Of a stretch of DNA of 64,000 bases, positions 23,190-46,892 are shown piece after piece. The notes under the pieces are model-generated. The model did no database searches. It was not told the DNA's origin and saw nothing but the letters and a program-made list of their open reading frames with translations. This DNA is from the human T2T-CHM13v2.0 reference genome, Homo sapiens, in assembly GCF_009914755.1 (NCBI RefSeq), contig NC_060941.1, one strand, 5' to 3'. How positions within the stretch are numbered: position 1 is the first letter of the stretch; each line of letters begins with the position of its first letter. A program made the translations under genes and the position numbers.

Positions 23190-23642
23190 CTATAGCAGCC
23201 ACAGCTGGATGGTGTGACAAGCATTGCTGGGTGCTCTCTTTTCATCTGGGCACACAGCAAGACTGTATGCCCAGCTTCTCTTGCAGTTAGATGTGGCCGT
23301 GAGATTGAGTTCCATCTCAGTGGAGGGAACAGTCTGATGAAATGTGACTGCTTTTCTAGGCCTGCCTGTAACTATAAAAGCCTTCCCCACTTCACCAGTT
23401 CTTCATGCCCTTTCCCCTTTCATTGCTGGATGTCAACATCCCAAGTGATCTTGGGAGCCATGTGTTGAAGGTGACAGATCCCGGGTAATTGAATACCTCT
23501 GTGGCAGAGAGCTCCTCCCCCAGCTCCAGGGACTGGGCCCACCTGTGACTGTTTATGTGAATGAGAATTCCACCTCACTACGCTTGTGCCATTATCATTC
23601 TCAGGCTTGTTTCTTGCAGCATTAACTGATCCTGTCTAATAC
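23190..23642 (+). mobile_element. Old MLT1 (J/K-like) LTR
   Basis: ttgcagttagatgtggccgtgagattgagttc...gccatgtgttgaag...ttgcagcattaactgatcctgtctaataca. Confidence 0.55.
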
Positions 23643-24134
23643 AGACAGCCACAAAGCCGTTAGGTCCTGAGATCTCTTAGCTTTCATCTCCGGCTATTCT
23701 GTATCTGTTCAGCAGTTTTGACTCCCCCTAGCCTGGAGCTGATGTGGAATTTGAACTCTCACGAGGCACAAGCCAAGTCATTTTCTTTGGATGATTATGT
23801 TCTGATGTGCTGATGTACCATCTTGGGGAGCCAGACCCTGTAAAGTGGTTCATCCCCCCGCTTTACTGTGGGTGTAATTGTGCCTGGGGTGTTGACCTCA
23901 GCTAGGACCAACTTTCTCCAAATAGACAGGGGCAGAGGTCACCTGTGCTGGCTTCCTGTTGCAATTTTATGTCCCCACCAGAGCACAAATAGCACTCCCC
24001 TAGGTGAAGTGGCTCAGGAACAAGGAGGACAGACAGAAATGGGTTTCTCAGCTCCTGGCAGCTCATGCTGCTACCAGGCCTTTCTCCTTCTCTAGGAGGC
24101 TGGCTGTGAGGCAGGAGGGGCAGAAAAAAGGTGA

Positions 24135-29521
<5,387 letters not shown>

Positions 29522-30090
29522 TCACTCAAAACTATATTATCATACTTCTTTTAGGCAGAGAAAATATTTCATTGTTTGTGTGTATATGCATCAAAAGCAC
29601 TAATAACTAAGACATTTAAAATATGCCATAATTTTAGAAACTCTGTTTTGAAATGTCTTGACTTTAAAAAATATACTGGGACCCTCAGAAAAGGGGAGTG
29701 GGCTGGGCCTTTTTTGGCTTCTGAGAGGTCCTGGCTGGTCCATGCCATGCGCCCATGGGAAGACTTCTCCACGCTGGCGCACTGATGACCATCACTAGGT
29801 GTCCTGTGCACCAAGTGAGACGGTCCCACAGGGGCTGGCCGGGCCTTCCCCAGCCACATCTGCACCACTATCCCAGCGACAACCTCAACAAAGATTCCTG
29901 GGTTCTTTCTGAGCCGCATAAGTCACCAACTCTGTCTTCTTCCCTTTCTTGCTCCCTTGCCCAACACATGCGCCTGAATCTCAAGCTCCAGAGAGTCTGC
30001 TGGTTGCCTGGGCACGGCCAGGGATCTGGGAAGATACTGAGGGAATCTCTAGCACACTAAAGCATGAGAACTTCTGCCTTAGGTACTGGG

Positions 30091-30131
30091 GGAGAGAGAG
30101 AGAGAGGGAGAGAGAGAGAGAGAGAAAGAGA
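30091..30131. repeat. (GA)n tract
   Basis: Read directly. Confidence 0.9.
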
Positions 30132-30659
30132 CCTCAACTTTGTGGACTCCAGCTCACACCAAGAGAGGCTAATCTGGGTGAACGGTAGCCCTTGTGGAAT
30201 GGGGCCAGGAGAGATCCTTCCTGCTGCTGTCTTGGAGTTGGGTGAACTTGGCAACGTTCTTTCAGTTCACTGGATCCCCTGTTCCTAGCCAGGTGACATT
30301 GATAGGTTCTCTGAGGGACCAAAATCCTGCTTGTAGGGTTGAGGTCAGTACTGTTGGGGCTGTGCACTTGTAGACTCGTGCCTTTCCAGGAGATAAAGGC
30401 ATCTGGAGCCAGAGCTACAGTCTGGATTGTGGGGGAACAGGAAAGAGTTCTCAGAGAAACAAGGCCGAGTGTCAGGCTCTGGTGGAATAAGGCTATTGAT
30501 AGTAGAATAAATAGGAATTTAGAAACCAGGAAGGGAGGTCAAGGCTGGTAGTTCAGAACGGAGGCTGTGAAAGTACCATGCAATCTGGAGGCCTGTTTAT
30601 ATGCAGAGCTTGCTGTGTGGCGCAGGAGCAGCTTTAGGGCTCTGAAAAGGAAGTTTTAA

Positions 30660-31715
<1,056 letters not shown>

Positions 31716-33437
31716 TAGCTAATTTTTTTTTGGTATTTTTTAGTAGAGATGGGGTTTCTTCATGTTGGTCAGGCTGGTCTCGAACTCCCGATCTTAGGTG
31801 ACCTTCCCGCCTCAGCCTCCCAAAGTGCTGGGATTACAGGCATGAGCCATTGCACCCGGCTGTGTGTATGTTTTCCTAGGCAGACTTGAGAGGACTTGGT
31901 GACTGGCTGGAAGGTGAAGAGAGGGAAAGAAGGTGGTCAGAGATAACTGATGAGTCTGCCTAAGGGACTTGGGGGACTTCACAAGATTCCAGGAGCATGG
32001 CTGACCCAATGCACACTGTATAGTTGCATGATTGCAAGTAACTGGGAAGGCAGTTTGGGTCTTAATTGCAAACACTTGCCCAGAAAAGACCAGCACGGCC
32101 GCAGCACAAGGAGCCTGAGTAAAGTGCCCCATCCAGGCTGGCCTTTGGGATCCTCTTGTCCTTGGTTCTCCTGGCTCTGTGTTGTCCACAGACCCTCCTG
32201 TCTGTTTTCAGTGGCCCGCACTGGGCAAGCACAGCACACACACTTCCTAGCCACCTGGCATTGATCTCCTACAGCCCCAGCCTCATCACTTGATTAGCCT
32301 CATCCACTGTGCTCTGACGTTCTGGGGGCTCTTCCTACCCCATCTGCAGGAGGCTGAGCATGGTAAAATATTTTCTCTCCCCTGCTGTGGCTTCCAGCCA
32401 CTGGACACTTCTCTGGGCTTTGTCTCTGCACCACTCCCAGCCATAGGAGGGGCTGTGTAGACCACCCTGACTTATGGCAGGAAGAGAACAACTTTCCAGT
32501 TGAGTGACAATCAAAAAGATCTCCTCCTTGTGCAGGGATCCATCAACTCCAAGTGAATCCCCTTCCCCCTCACCCACCCAGCACAACCCAAGCTTAACCA
32601 TTTCATACCCAGTGTATAGACCTGGTGACACTGTTCTGTGGGGCTTCATGGTGACTTCCTTCCTGATGGAGTGGAACAGGAGAGGGGCAACTCTGATGCT
32701 AAAACAAGCGTGGGGTGGAGAGAGGCTTGGAACAGTGATGAGGAACTAGAGCTTCTGCAAGGATGTGCAGAGTTGACAGAGGGACCTGAGGGCCACAGAC
32801 GGGGAGTGACAGAGCAAAGGGCAGCATAAAGCACCCGCAGAAAGATGAATCAGTGATGTGCTTGCATATATGAAACATTGCAAATTTGAAACCCTTCCTG
32901 GAGTAAGGGCAGGCCCAAGGTTGGTAAATGTAGCAGCTCTGTGACACCACCGAAAACTCATTTGGTTCCTTGTCCCCTTCGCCTCGTGCCTGTCCTCTTG
33001 GGCTGCTCACCTGGACTCAAGGACGGTTTCTTTTTTTTTTTTTTTTTTTTTTTTTGAGACAGGGTCTTGCTCTGTTGCACAGGCTGGAGTGCAGTGGTGC
33101 GATCTTGGCTCACTGTGCCTCCATCTCTCAATCTCCTGGGCTCAAGCAATCTTCCTACCTCAGCCTCCCAAGTAGCTGGGACTACAACACATACCACCAT
33201 GCTTAGCTGATGTTTGATGTTTTTTATTTTTTTGTAGAGACAGGGTCTCATTATGTCGCTGAGGTTGGTCTCAAACTCCTGAGCTCAAGCGATCCTTCTG
33301 CCTTGGGATTACAGTGCTGGGATTCCAGGCGTGAGCTGCCGCTCCTGGCCTCAGAGAGAGTTCCTATAGTTCCAGGCATCAGACCCTCAGACTCAGAGGC
33401 AAAGTGACACAACTGCCTTATTTTTTGTCTCCTTTTA

Positions 33438-33611
<174 letters not shown>

Positions 33612-33669
33612 TCAGGAGCTGAGATGGGAGGATCACTTGAACCCAAGAGGAGGGAGGAGTGGGGAGTGA

Positions 33670-34134
<465 letters not shown>

Positions 34135-34768
34135 TAAAACAATTAATTCATTTTTTCTTCTCCAACAAAAATGTGTGGCATTGTGGCCTGTGCTTTGCGT
34201 GCTGTTAGCTGTCACAGGACATGCTGATGAGGAAGGTGCATGCGATGCTGGCCCCTGCAGGGCGTATGTTCCAGTGGGAAACAGACAAGAACAAGCAATG
34301 GAGCAGTAGGTCTTGGCACAGATGAGGTGGCGAATACATATTTATTAAATAAAATAGAGACAGATATGGGAGCTCATAGGTGGTCAACAACCCAGTCCGA
34401 AGGTCGCAGAAGATTTCCTGGAGAAAGTGGTATCTGAACCAAGACCCAGCAGAGGTTAGAAGTCAGTGGCAGGAAAAACCCCCAGGGGTGGGTGAGAGTT
34501 TGGCGGATTCCAGGAACTGAAGGATGCCCAGTATGGCGTGGAACTGTGTCCAACAGGGCGAGGGGTGTGACACGGAGCTGGAGAAGTAGGCAGGAACCAG
34601 ATCAAGAGGACTTTTGAATGATGCTAACTAACGGCTGTTAGTGTAGGCATCCCTTCTGCTGACGGTATGCTCACTCTCATTCCTTTTCTAGTTCCAGCCA
34701 GGTAGTAGAAGAATTAGGAAGGGATGAGTCTTGAGTATTTATTATCTTCATGTGAGTAAAATTCATTA

Positions 34769-35118
34769 TAGATGGGTGAATGAGTGGATGGATAGATGAT
34801 AGATAGATAGGTAGGTAGATGATAGATACATAGATACATAGATAGATGCATAGATATATAGATTAGATAAATACATAGATTAGATAGATGATAGATTAGA
34901 TAGATAGATGACAGATAATAGGTAGATAATAGATGATAGGTGATAGATTAGATAGATAGATGATGGATAGACAGATGATAGATTAGATAGATAGATAATA
35001 GATAGATGATAGATTAGATAGATGAAGTATAGATGACAGATTAGATAGATAGATGATAGATAAGAGACAGATGATAGATAGATTAGATAGATGATGGATA
35101 GATAGATGATAGATTAGA

Positions 35119-35162
<44 letters not shown>
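34769..35162. repeat. Compound (GATA)n microsatellite, ~390 bp, ending in a pure (AGAT)10
   Basis: Read directly; the pure tract is 35121-35160. Confidence 0.97.
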
Positions 35163-35163
<1 letters not shown>

Positions 35164-37161
35164 ATAACTGCTGCAGCCATGTTGTGACCATGAGGAGAGA
35201 GACAAGGCAACATGGCCAGGAGGAGGTGGCAGCTCCCACAGAGAGGCCTGGTCACATCCATCATCTTGGAGCAGATCCCTGGGAGGAGGAGGAGAAGGAA
35301 GATGAAGCTAAGAGGCCCTGGGGTTGGTCCTCAGGGGAAGACTATGACTCCTGGTGACAGAGATGCTGGAGCCAGAGGGCAGAGGGATGAGTAGGGGAGC
35401 CAATCCCAGACAGGGCAATGGCATAATAAACTAATTCGTAACAAGCAAGACAGAGAGAAGACAGGCAACAGATATTTTAGAGGCACCACCAGTAGGATCT
35501 GGTGGCCTCTTGGATAGGGAGGAGGAAGAAAGGAGGATTCATAGATTTTCCTGCAATAAGGAATTTGCTGCTGAGTGCAGTGGTTCATGCCTGTAATCCC
35601 AGCACCTTGGGAGGCCAAGGCGGGTGACTCGCTTGGGCCCCAGAGTTTGAAACCAGCATGGGCGACCTGGCAAAACCCCATCTTTACAAAAAAATAGAAA
35701 AATTAGCTGGGTGTGGTGGTACGTGCCTGTAGTCCCAGCTATTTGGGAGGCTGAGGTGGGAGGATTACCTGAGTCCTAGTGAGTCGAGGCTGCAGTGAGC
35801 TTGCCTACACTAGATACTTCAGATAAGTGGAATCTTGCAGTCTTTGTCCTTTGTGTCTGACTTCTTTCACTTAGCATAATATTTTCAAGGTTCACCTATG
35901 TTGGCTGGATGTAGTGACTCATGCCTGCACTTTGAGAGGCTGAGAGGGAGGATCACTTGAGGCCGGGAGTTCAAGACCAGTCTGGGCAACATTGCAAGAC
36001 CACATCTCTACAAAAAAGAAAAGAAAATTAAAAAGGTTTCATCCCTGTTGTAGTATATATCAGAACTTCATTCCTTTTTAAGGCTAAATAATATTCCATT
36101 GTCTGGATATACCACATTTTGTTTATTCATTCATCCGTTGATGGACGCTTGAGTTGTTTCTCCCTATTGGCTCATTGTTGAAAGAAGCTTGGTACAGGTT
36201 GCCCCAAGTTTGACAACAAATCCTAAACAACCCTAAACATTTTCACGGCATTAGTAATATGAATTGCAAAGGTGAAAAAAAGTATTAAATTCTCATAATA
36301 AAAAGAAAAATAGAATTGATTATTTTTCTTTTTTTCTATAAAAATTCATATTACAAAATCATTATAATATGAAAAGGCAATCAAAGAGTAGGTAGTCAAA
36401 ATGTAGGAAGGAAAGGATTATAGTCAGGCAGTTAATTATAAGAATATTATGTTAATTTTCTAGATTTGCTGAGGTGGGTGTTATCAGTTTTTAAAAATGT
36501 GTAATTTGTGATTTTTTTCATATTCTAAAAACTTTAACGCACACTTTTACTTGTAAGTTTATATTATTTTTCATAAGGAGAGCCTGCCCATCTCCCAATA
36601 CTGTATAAGCTTTTGGCACTGCACCTGGATCCCCTCTGCCAACCCGGGGTCCACAACTCTGCCCTCCTCTATCCACTTCCTAGCAGCGTTAACCAAAGCA
36701 TGGCCACTTCCTCCTTCTCTAAGTGCTTTGTCTCCTTGCCTTCTGTGATTCCACCATCTCCTGGCTTTCCTCCTATTCACCGGCTGCTGGATTTCCTCTT
36801 CTTTGCTTGTTTCCTCCTTCTCTAGACCTCTAAATGTAGCAGTATCCTGGGCCTTGGGACAGGTCCTTTTCTTCACCCACCTGGTGACAGTGCCAAGGCC
36901 ATGGCTGTAAATATCTTTCTTTTGTTTTGAGGCAGGGTCTTGCTCTGTCACCCAGGCTGGAGTGCAGTGGCGTGGTCACAGCTCAACCTCTTGGGTTCAA
37001 GTGATTCTCCCACCTTAGCCTCCCAAGTAGCAGGTGCACACCACCAGGCCTGGCTAATATTTAAATATTTTTGTAGAGACGGAGTCTCACCTGAGGCTGC
37101 AGTGAGCAGCCTATCTCAAAAATAAATAAATAAAAAATTAGTATCTTTTTTTTTTTTTTGA

Positions 37162-37269
<108 letters not shown>

Positions 37270-38569
37270 TAGCTGGGATTACAGGTGCTCATCACCACAC
37301 CTGGCTAATTTTGTATATTTAGTAGAGATAGGCCATGTTGGCCAGGCTGGTCTTCAACTTCTGACCTCTGGTGATCTGCCCTCCTCAGCCTCCCAAACTG
37401 CTGGGATTATAGGCATGAGCCACTGTGCTCAGTCAAAAATTCACATCTTGAATTTAGCTTTGTCCAAATAGAATCTTCACTCCTCCCCTTTCCACACCTG
37501 TTCCTCCCCGCTTCTTCCTTGTCTCTGGAGCAGCACGGAATGGGTGTTCAACGTGGTTTGTTGATGGTCAATGGCTGGGAGGGACAGTGGTACTTCCTAT
37601 TTCTGAGGGCTATGGCCGCTGACCTGGTTTGGGGAACTGACTGCCCCTGGGCTAAACTTCTATACAGTTGCCTTTGGGTGGCCATTGGTGCCCAAGCCCT
37701 GGGCGTCCTCTTAGAGCCAGGGGACCATCTAAGCCTGAGCAATCATATCTGTTCTTTTAATTGCAGTCAAATGCATGTAATGTAAAATTTACCTGAAGTG
37801 GTAATTTTAAGTTGTACAGTTCAGTGGCATTTAGTCCATTCACAACATTGTGTGGCCATCACCATGATTTAGTTCTAGAATATCTTCACCATCCCAAAAG
37901 GAAACTTGTGACCTATCAGCAGGCCTCCCTACCCAATTCCCTGCTTCCCTCAGCCTGGCAACCATTAACCTGCTTTCTGTCTCTACCTATTTGCCTGTTC
38001 TGGACATTTCACATAAATGGAATCAATATGTGGGCTTCTGTGTCTGGCTTCTTTCACGTGGCATAATGTCTTCAAGGCTCATCACGTTGTAGTGTGTATC
38101 AGAACTTCCTTCTTTTATAAGGCTGAGTAATATTCCATTGTGTGGATGGACCACATTTCTATATTTGTTCTTGAAGGAAGTGGAAGGGAGTGGAGGCTCC
38201 ATGGCAGGGCAGGTATATGCTGGGGGCTGGAAAAATTCAACCAGGAGCACAACGATGCCAGCTCCTTGGGGTGTGGCTGGGGGTGCTGCAGCCCCTGAAT
38301 CATCTGTCAACCCCATCTGTGGTTTCCCACACCGTGGTGAAGGCTTGAGGTGAGTGCTGTAGGGCTGACAGCCACGGGGTCATTACGGGTGAGATTATCC
38401 AGCGTCCGAGCTTTCTGCCCTACAGCCCCACATTCTTTATGCCTCAGGCAGCTTCTTCAAACCTCCCCGCGGAGACAGGAGGTCCCCTCCTCGGTCAGGG
38501 GAGGGTGAGGGCTCCGTGCCCCACGGTGCCGCGGTCAGCAACACGGGTTGAGCCCACGCGGGGCTCCCC

Positions 38570-38585
38570 CCAGCAGGGGGCGCTG
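38570..38585 (+). promoter_or_regulatory. Candidate CTCF site
   Basis: CCAGCAGGGGGCGCTG matches the core consensus and lies in a locally CpG-rich patch. Confidence 0.6.
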
Positions 38586-39789
38586 AGACAAGTCGGGTTC
38601 CAGGGGCCTTTCTCCTACCAGGGCTGCTTGTGAATTTCTCCTACTTGGGCTGCTTGTGAATTTCCACCTTGCTGCGGTGTCTTCTTCCTCGGTTTACTTC
38701 ACACATATTTGAGTGAGGATTACTTGCCCTTGGGGAGTCTGGACGGCTCCCCAATTTTGGGATGCAGCTAGTGCTGTACTGGCCGCCTCATAACCACCCA
38801 GGGAGCGTGTGAAAAGGCAAATTCCTGGACATGATCCCAGTGGGACCAGGACAGAGTCCATGAGGCCTCCAGGTGATTCTCATGCCCAGGCTTGGGACTC
38901 CACACGGCCCTCCTTCAAGTTCACGATCTGCAGACACCAGGCTTCTGCCTTCTACGCTGCACCGTCTTGCTTGCGGGCTCATCTCTCCTTTTAATCAATC
39001 CATTCAGGTGAACCAACCACAGAGAAATGGCTTATTCTATGTTTACACCTGAAAAATATTCATTCATTCATTAGTTCAATAGAACTTTATAGAACGCCCT
39101 ATGCCAGGCACCAGATATACCTTGGTGAATAAGACACGGTTCCTGCCTTGAGGTCTGGCTGGGGAGGCGTGTCAATACATTCCAATGTGATGAATGCTAG
39201 GAAAAGCAAAACGCTACGATCAGCTCAGGGTGGGATCACAGAAGTGGATGCCTGGCTTACCTGGCTCGAATTTGGGGAATCACCAAGGAAGAGGTGATTT
39301 CTCAGTGGAGACTAGCAGGATGAGCAGGAAAATTCCCCGGGGACAGGAAGTCAGAAAGCAGAGAGCAGTGACAATTCTGGTGGGGGGCGGAGGGAAGCAG
39401 AGAACTGAACCAAAACATCATAATTTGGGCATAGGCATTTTAGCATTCTAGATTTTCTTTAAAATTCATGATTCAAGAGATAAAAATATAAGTTTGTTTC
39501 TAGATATATGACTAAGGTCTCAAAGAGAACTACTTCCCTAATTAGTCCACTATGGAAAGATGTATTCAGATTATTTACGGATAGGGGAAGGCCCTGCATA
39601 ACTTCTGTGTCAGTCTCCGGAATGGCTCATATGCAAATGGAGAAGGAATCACTGGATCTGGGTGGATGCCTTCTGGGGAACAGAGTTGTCTTTCGGTGTT
39701 CCAGGAGCTGCAGATACAACTTTGAAGGCAGTGGCTCGAAACCCTGGCTGCAAGTAAAAATCACCTGGGAGTTTTTTTTTAATTTTTAA

Positions 39790-40111
<322 letters not shown>

Positions 40112-41690
40112 TAAATCTACCACACATGGCAACCACTCTGGCAACTGATATATTAACTGTTTGGGGCTAGGGTGCAAGGTCTGGGTGGAAGGGGAAGCTT
40201 CTGTAAAGGAGATGAAGAAGAAGCTACCAGGGAAGTGGGTAGAAAGCCAGGAGAAAAAAGGTCACAACACAGATGTAGGGGGAGAGTGGTCAGGAAGGAG
40301 GATGTGGTCAACAGGTCACAAGCTGCAGAAAGGCAAGAAAACGAGGACTGGTTGTGTCATTTAGGGCCATGGTAGTCACTAGCAGCAGGTGACTTTAGCA
40401 GCAGGTGACTTTAGCAGCAGGCTTGTCAGCAAAGTGACGTGTGGGAGGCTGGATCACAGAGTTCAGGAGAATGAGTTCAGGGACTTGGGAGGTGAGAAAA
40501 TGGAGCCAGGATGCGGACTGACTTGGAAGGTAGAAAGAGGCAGGGCTGTTCATGGAGGGGGAATATGGGGTGGAAGGAATGATGTAATGATCTGTTGAGG
40601 ATAAGAGAGACATGAATGTGTATAAAGGTGGCAGGTATTTGGGAGACAGAAGGCGTAATTGATGGTATAAAGTTCCTAAGGAGGTGGAAAGAAAGGGAAG
40701 TGTTGGGATCCAACACATTGTTGGCAGCATTGACCTTAAATAGGAGGGACACCTCCTCAGTTGTAACAGGGTGGAAGGTGGAGAGGGTGTGGTGGGGGCA
40801 GGGTGGCTCATTTTACTTGGTGGGGGTCAAGAACATCCATCACTCAGAATTTACTCATGAATGCGGTGACTGGATTTTCAGAGGCACGTGGCCTTGATAG
40901 AGGCCTCTCTCTACGTCCCCTCTTTCTTTCACGTCTCCCTCGTGGCAGCCAGACCTGGAGGCACTGTCCCAGTGATGAGTTAGCTGGGGGAGTGTAGGGG
41001 CTGGCCACCCTTTCTTTCTGGCCCATCTTCTCCACCTGTGGCAGGACCCTTGGGGAAGGAAGCTGGAAGGTTGAAGCCTGGCCTAAGCCTAAGCCCCAGG
41101 GTTCATCAGGGTCTACTATACTAAGGGTCTCTGCATTGGGGGCAGGGCTCAGGCACCAAGATGACTCCCTCCCTGAGAAAACCCAGAGGGAAGGGGATAC
41201 TCGGGCATTGAGCCCTCACTCCAGCACCCTAACACCTTCTACCCTCAGTGGTGGGGTCTTTGCCTTTCTGATCCTCATGTACCTGAGGCCACAGTGGGCA
41301 GGTTGTACCTGCCCTGTGCCCTGCAGGCACAAAGGGGCTGGCTCCCTTGCATGGGCCCCCTCTTTATCCTCCAATTCCCTCCTGTTTTCCTTCTGCTGAC
41401 TCAGAGTTAGGAACAGAGCCTCTCCAAACTTTGGGAAGCACCTCTCCTGCCATCTACCATGGTGTCTGACTGCTGGACTTAGGGAGAGAAGCGCCTTCCC
41501 CCCGGCTCCTCACTGGCAGAAAGTCCTCCTGGTGGCTCCCGATGAATGAGCCTGGCCCATTTTCTGCCCATCCTCTGTACCCAGCAGTGCCCCCAATCAT
41601 TCCACCATGAAATGTGCAGTAGCTTTCTATCCCTCAACTATTTCATGCTCACTTGGCCCAAATGCGGACAGTCATGGGTTCTTCTGCTTT

Positions 41691-42836
<1,146 letters not shown>

Positions 42837-43920
42837 TCTGCTTGCTGCAAGCTAGAGCAGTGACTAATATATATTTTCTGTGGTCTACCTCTTCACTTAG
42901 CTACATACTGTTTTGTTGTTTCCCTCAAATCGCCACTCCCAAGATCAACCCAAAACAGAGTTCAAAGTGCAAAGCAAGCCTTTCTGAAATAGAAGGCAAA
43001 AATCAAAGCCTCCTTCCTGGTGGTGGTGTAGGCATGGGTGAGAGATTCTACCCTCTGAGTCCCACTTGGACTTGTGTGGACTCCCTCCTCTCCAGCCACC
43101 CTGGCTGTCTTCCAGTTCCTCCAATGCTCTGTGCCACCTCCCATCTCACAGCCTTTGCATATACTGTCCCCTCTTTGTCCAGCTAACTATGATTTATCCT
43201 TCAGGTCTCAGTATTGATGTCACTTCTTCTAGAAGCCCTTACCTGACCTTGCTTTTAATGGGAAATAGGGCTTTTACCCTCTAATGCTGTTCCCCTAGAA
43301 TCTGAGCTGGCCACATATTTGAAGTCTACTCCAGCCAACATTATGGTCTGGATCATAATCATGGTCTGTTTGCTTAGAGGCTACTGATGGTGCTTTCCTC
43401 TAAGCCCACACTCAAGACCCCTGTCATGAGCATTGCTAAGGGCACAGGCTTTGAGAAGAGCCCCAGATGTTCTATCTTATATCCTAAAGAGAATTCTGGC
43501 AGGATTCTTGTCTCTGCCTCCTGATTCGTCATGAGCAGTGAAGCTGAGCAGCTGAAACTGGTTTCCACCACAGTTCCCTCATGTCTATTCCATTTGTATA
43601 TTGCTCTACATTTTATTTTTTGTTTTTAAATAAATTTAAAAGAACTTTATTTTTATTTTTATTTATTATTTTTTTTTGTAGAGACAAGGGTTTCGCTATG
43701 TTGCCCAGGCTGGTCTCAAACTCTGGGCTCAAGTGATCCTCCTGCCTTGACCTCTCAAAGTGTTGGGATTGCAGGCGTGAGCCACTGCATCCAGCCTGTA
43801 TATTGCTCTGTAACAAACTATCCCAAAAGTTAGTGTATAAAACATTTTATTTGCTCATGATCCTATGGATCCGAAGTTTGGGCAGAGTTCAGCTGGGCTG
43901 TTCTTCTGCTCTATGTGATG

Positions 43921-43974
43921 TTAGGTTGGTGCAAAAGTAATTGTGGTTTTTGCCATTACTTTTAATGGCAAAAA
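43921..43974. mobile_element. MADE1 (Hsmar1-derived MITE), one TIR lost, inside an old MLT1 LTR (~43797-44375)
   Basis: TTAGGTTGGTGCAAAAGTAATTGTGGTTTTTGCCATTACTTTTAATGGCAAAAA matches the recalled MADE1 consensus. Confidence 0.85.
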
Positions 43975-45339
43975 TATTAGGGATCATTCATTCAACTACC
44001 TTATAGGAATCATTCATTTAACTACATAGCTGGTAGCTGGGCTAGGCTGGAAGGTCCAAGAAAATGCATTCACTTGTCTGGTATCTTGGTGCCCCTTCAT
44101 GGATCCACTAAGTATTTCTGTCTACGTGGCTAGCTGGGACTTCCTCATGACATGGTGGTCTTAGGGTAGCTGGACTTCTTACACAGTGCTGGCTTCTAAA
44201 GGAAACCTTCAAAGAGGGGCAAATGTGGAAGTCATGATCTTTAAAGCTTGACTTGGAAGTTATACTTCTGTTACATTCTGTTGGCCAAAGTCAATAGGAC
44301 CAGCCAGGTTGAAGGAAAGCCCATCTCTCTACTGAGGGAGCGGCAAAGAATTTGTGGCCATCTTTAATCCACCAGGATGCCTCATTTGGCACAGTTGAAC
44401 CAGAGATGAGAGCCTCAGGCTGCATTTGGAAGATCTTCCCATAGGAACACTCCCAGGGCTTATCCATAATTGCTTACTTTAAGGCTCGGAATTCTAACTT
44501 GAGTGCATGCCTTGTGGTCTGACCTATTCCTAGGCAAAGCAATGGCTTTCCCCTATCACCATCTTTATCTCATACATCTTATAACCCTTAAAACTGGTGT
44601 TCATGTGGAGAGTAAATAGTTTGGAGGCATCACCAAATACCAGCATGGGAGCATGAATTGGGCAACTCATGAAGACCTCAAACTCCTACTAAGGGCTTCC
44701 AACCACCAACATTGCTTCCACTCACAGTTTATGGGCCAGAACTAGTTACATGGCTTCAACCTAACTGCAAGGAAGGCTGGGAAATGTAGGGAGCACATGG
44801 GATGGTTGGAGTGCACAAATGGCCTCTGCCACATCTTCTCTTCCTGCCTTTGAATGTTGTCATGTGAGCACTTCCAGTGATGGCAGCCATCTTGTGACCA
44901 TGAGGAGAAGGTCAAGAGAATTCCAGGAAGGCTGACCTGAAGCCCTAGTGTTGTTGAGCTGCTGAACCAGCCGTGGTACTGCCCATTCTTGGACCCCTTG
45001 ACATGTGAGATACCTTGGGTGGGTGTTCCATTACTGTTTTTGCAGCCAAAAGAAACTCAATGGATGTAATGGTGAATGCTTTTAAGAAAATAAAACAGGG
45101 TGGAGTGTCATGTGACTTGGGGAGAGGGTGGCAAAAATCTAGGCGTGAGTGTGTGTGTAACAATGGACAAGGAAGTGAGGGAAGTCTTTGAATGAATAGA
45201 AAACACCACCATGGGAAGAGCTCTTTGGGCAGAAAGGACACATTACAAAGACCCTGAGGTGGCTGGGTGTGGTGGCTTACGCCTGTAATCCCAGCACTTT
45301 GGGAGGCCGAGGCGGGTGGATCACAAGATCAGGAGATCA

Positions 45340-45704
<365 letters not shown>

Positions 45705-46643
45705 TCAGAAAAGGCAGACTGTTGTAGATAAGGTCAGAGTTTGACATTTTAAAAGACAGATTTGCCTGGGTGCGGTGGCTCATGCCTGTCATCCCAGCAC
45801 TTTGTGAGACCAAGATAGGAGTATAGCTTGCGCCCAGGAGTTCAAGACCAGCCTGGGTAACATAATGAGACCATCTCTACAAAAAAAATTTAAAAATTAG
45901 CCAGGCATGGTGGCATGCACCTGTAGTCTCAGCTACTCAGGAGGCTGAAGTTGGGAGATCTCTTGAGCCTGGGAAGTCAAGGCTGCAGTGAGTCATAATT
46001 GTACTACTGCACACCAGCCTGGGTGACAAAGCAAGATCCTGTCTCAAAGAAAAAACAAACAAGCAAACAAGCAAATAAATAAAAACCAGATTTACTGATG
46101 TACAGCTGACAAACAATATACTGCACATGTTTAAAGTATACTCTTTTGGGTTAGTTTTCTTTCATTTAGTATAATTATTTTGAGATTCATCTGTATTATT
46201 GCATGTATGAGTAGCTTATTCCTTTTTATTGCTGAGTAGTATTCTATTGTATGGATACACTGCAATGTGTTTAAACATTCACCTTTGAAGTTGTTTGTAG
46301 TTTCTGGCAATGAAAAATAAAGCTGCTGTGAATATTCATGTTCAGGCCTTCTGTGAACACATCCTTTCATTTCTCTTGTGTAGACACCCAGGAGGGGAAT
46401 GGTAGAAGTGTTTAACTTCCCAATTTTTTAAGAAGCAAACTGATTTACCAAGTAATTGTACCATTTACAATGGTACCAAATGCACTCATTTTCCCAGGAA
46501 CAGTGTATGAGAGTTTCAGTTCTTCCACATCTTTGCCAACACTTAGTATGACCAGACTTTTAAATTTTAACCATTCTAATTAGTGTGTAATAATTTCTTA
46601 TTGTGTTTTCAATTTTTATTTCCCTGATGACTAATGATGTTGA

Positions 46644-46892
<249 letters not shown>

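Noticed and set aside
35786-37107. 15-bp direct repeat gaggctgcagtgagc suggesting a 1.3-kb insertion with a TSD
   Set aside because: The 15-mer is ordinary Alu consensus, and an L2 fragment appears continuous across the right boundary. Independent truncated Alus explain it better.
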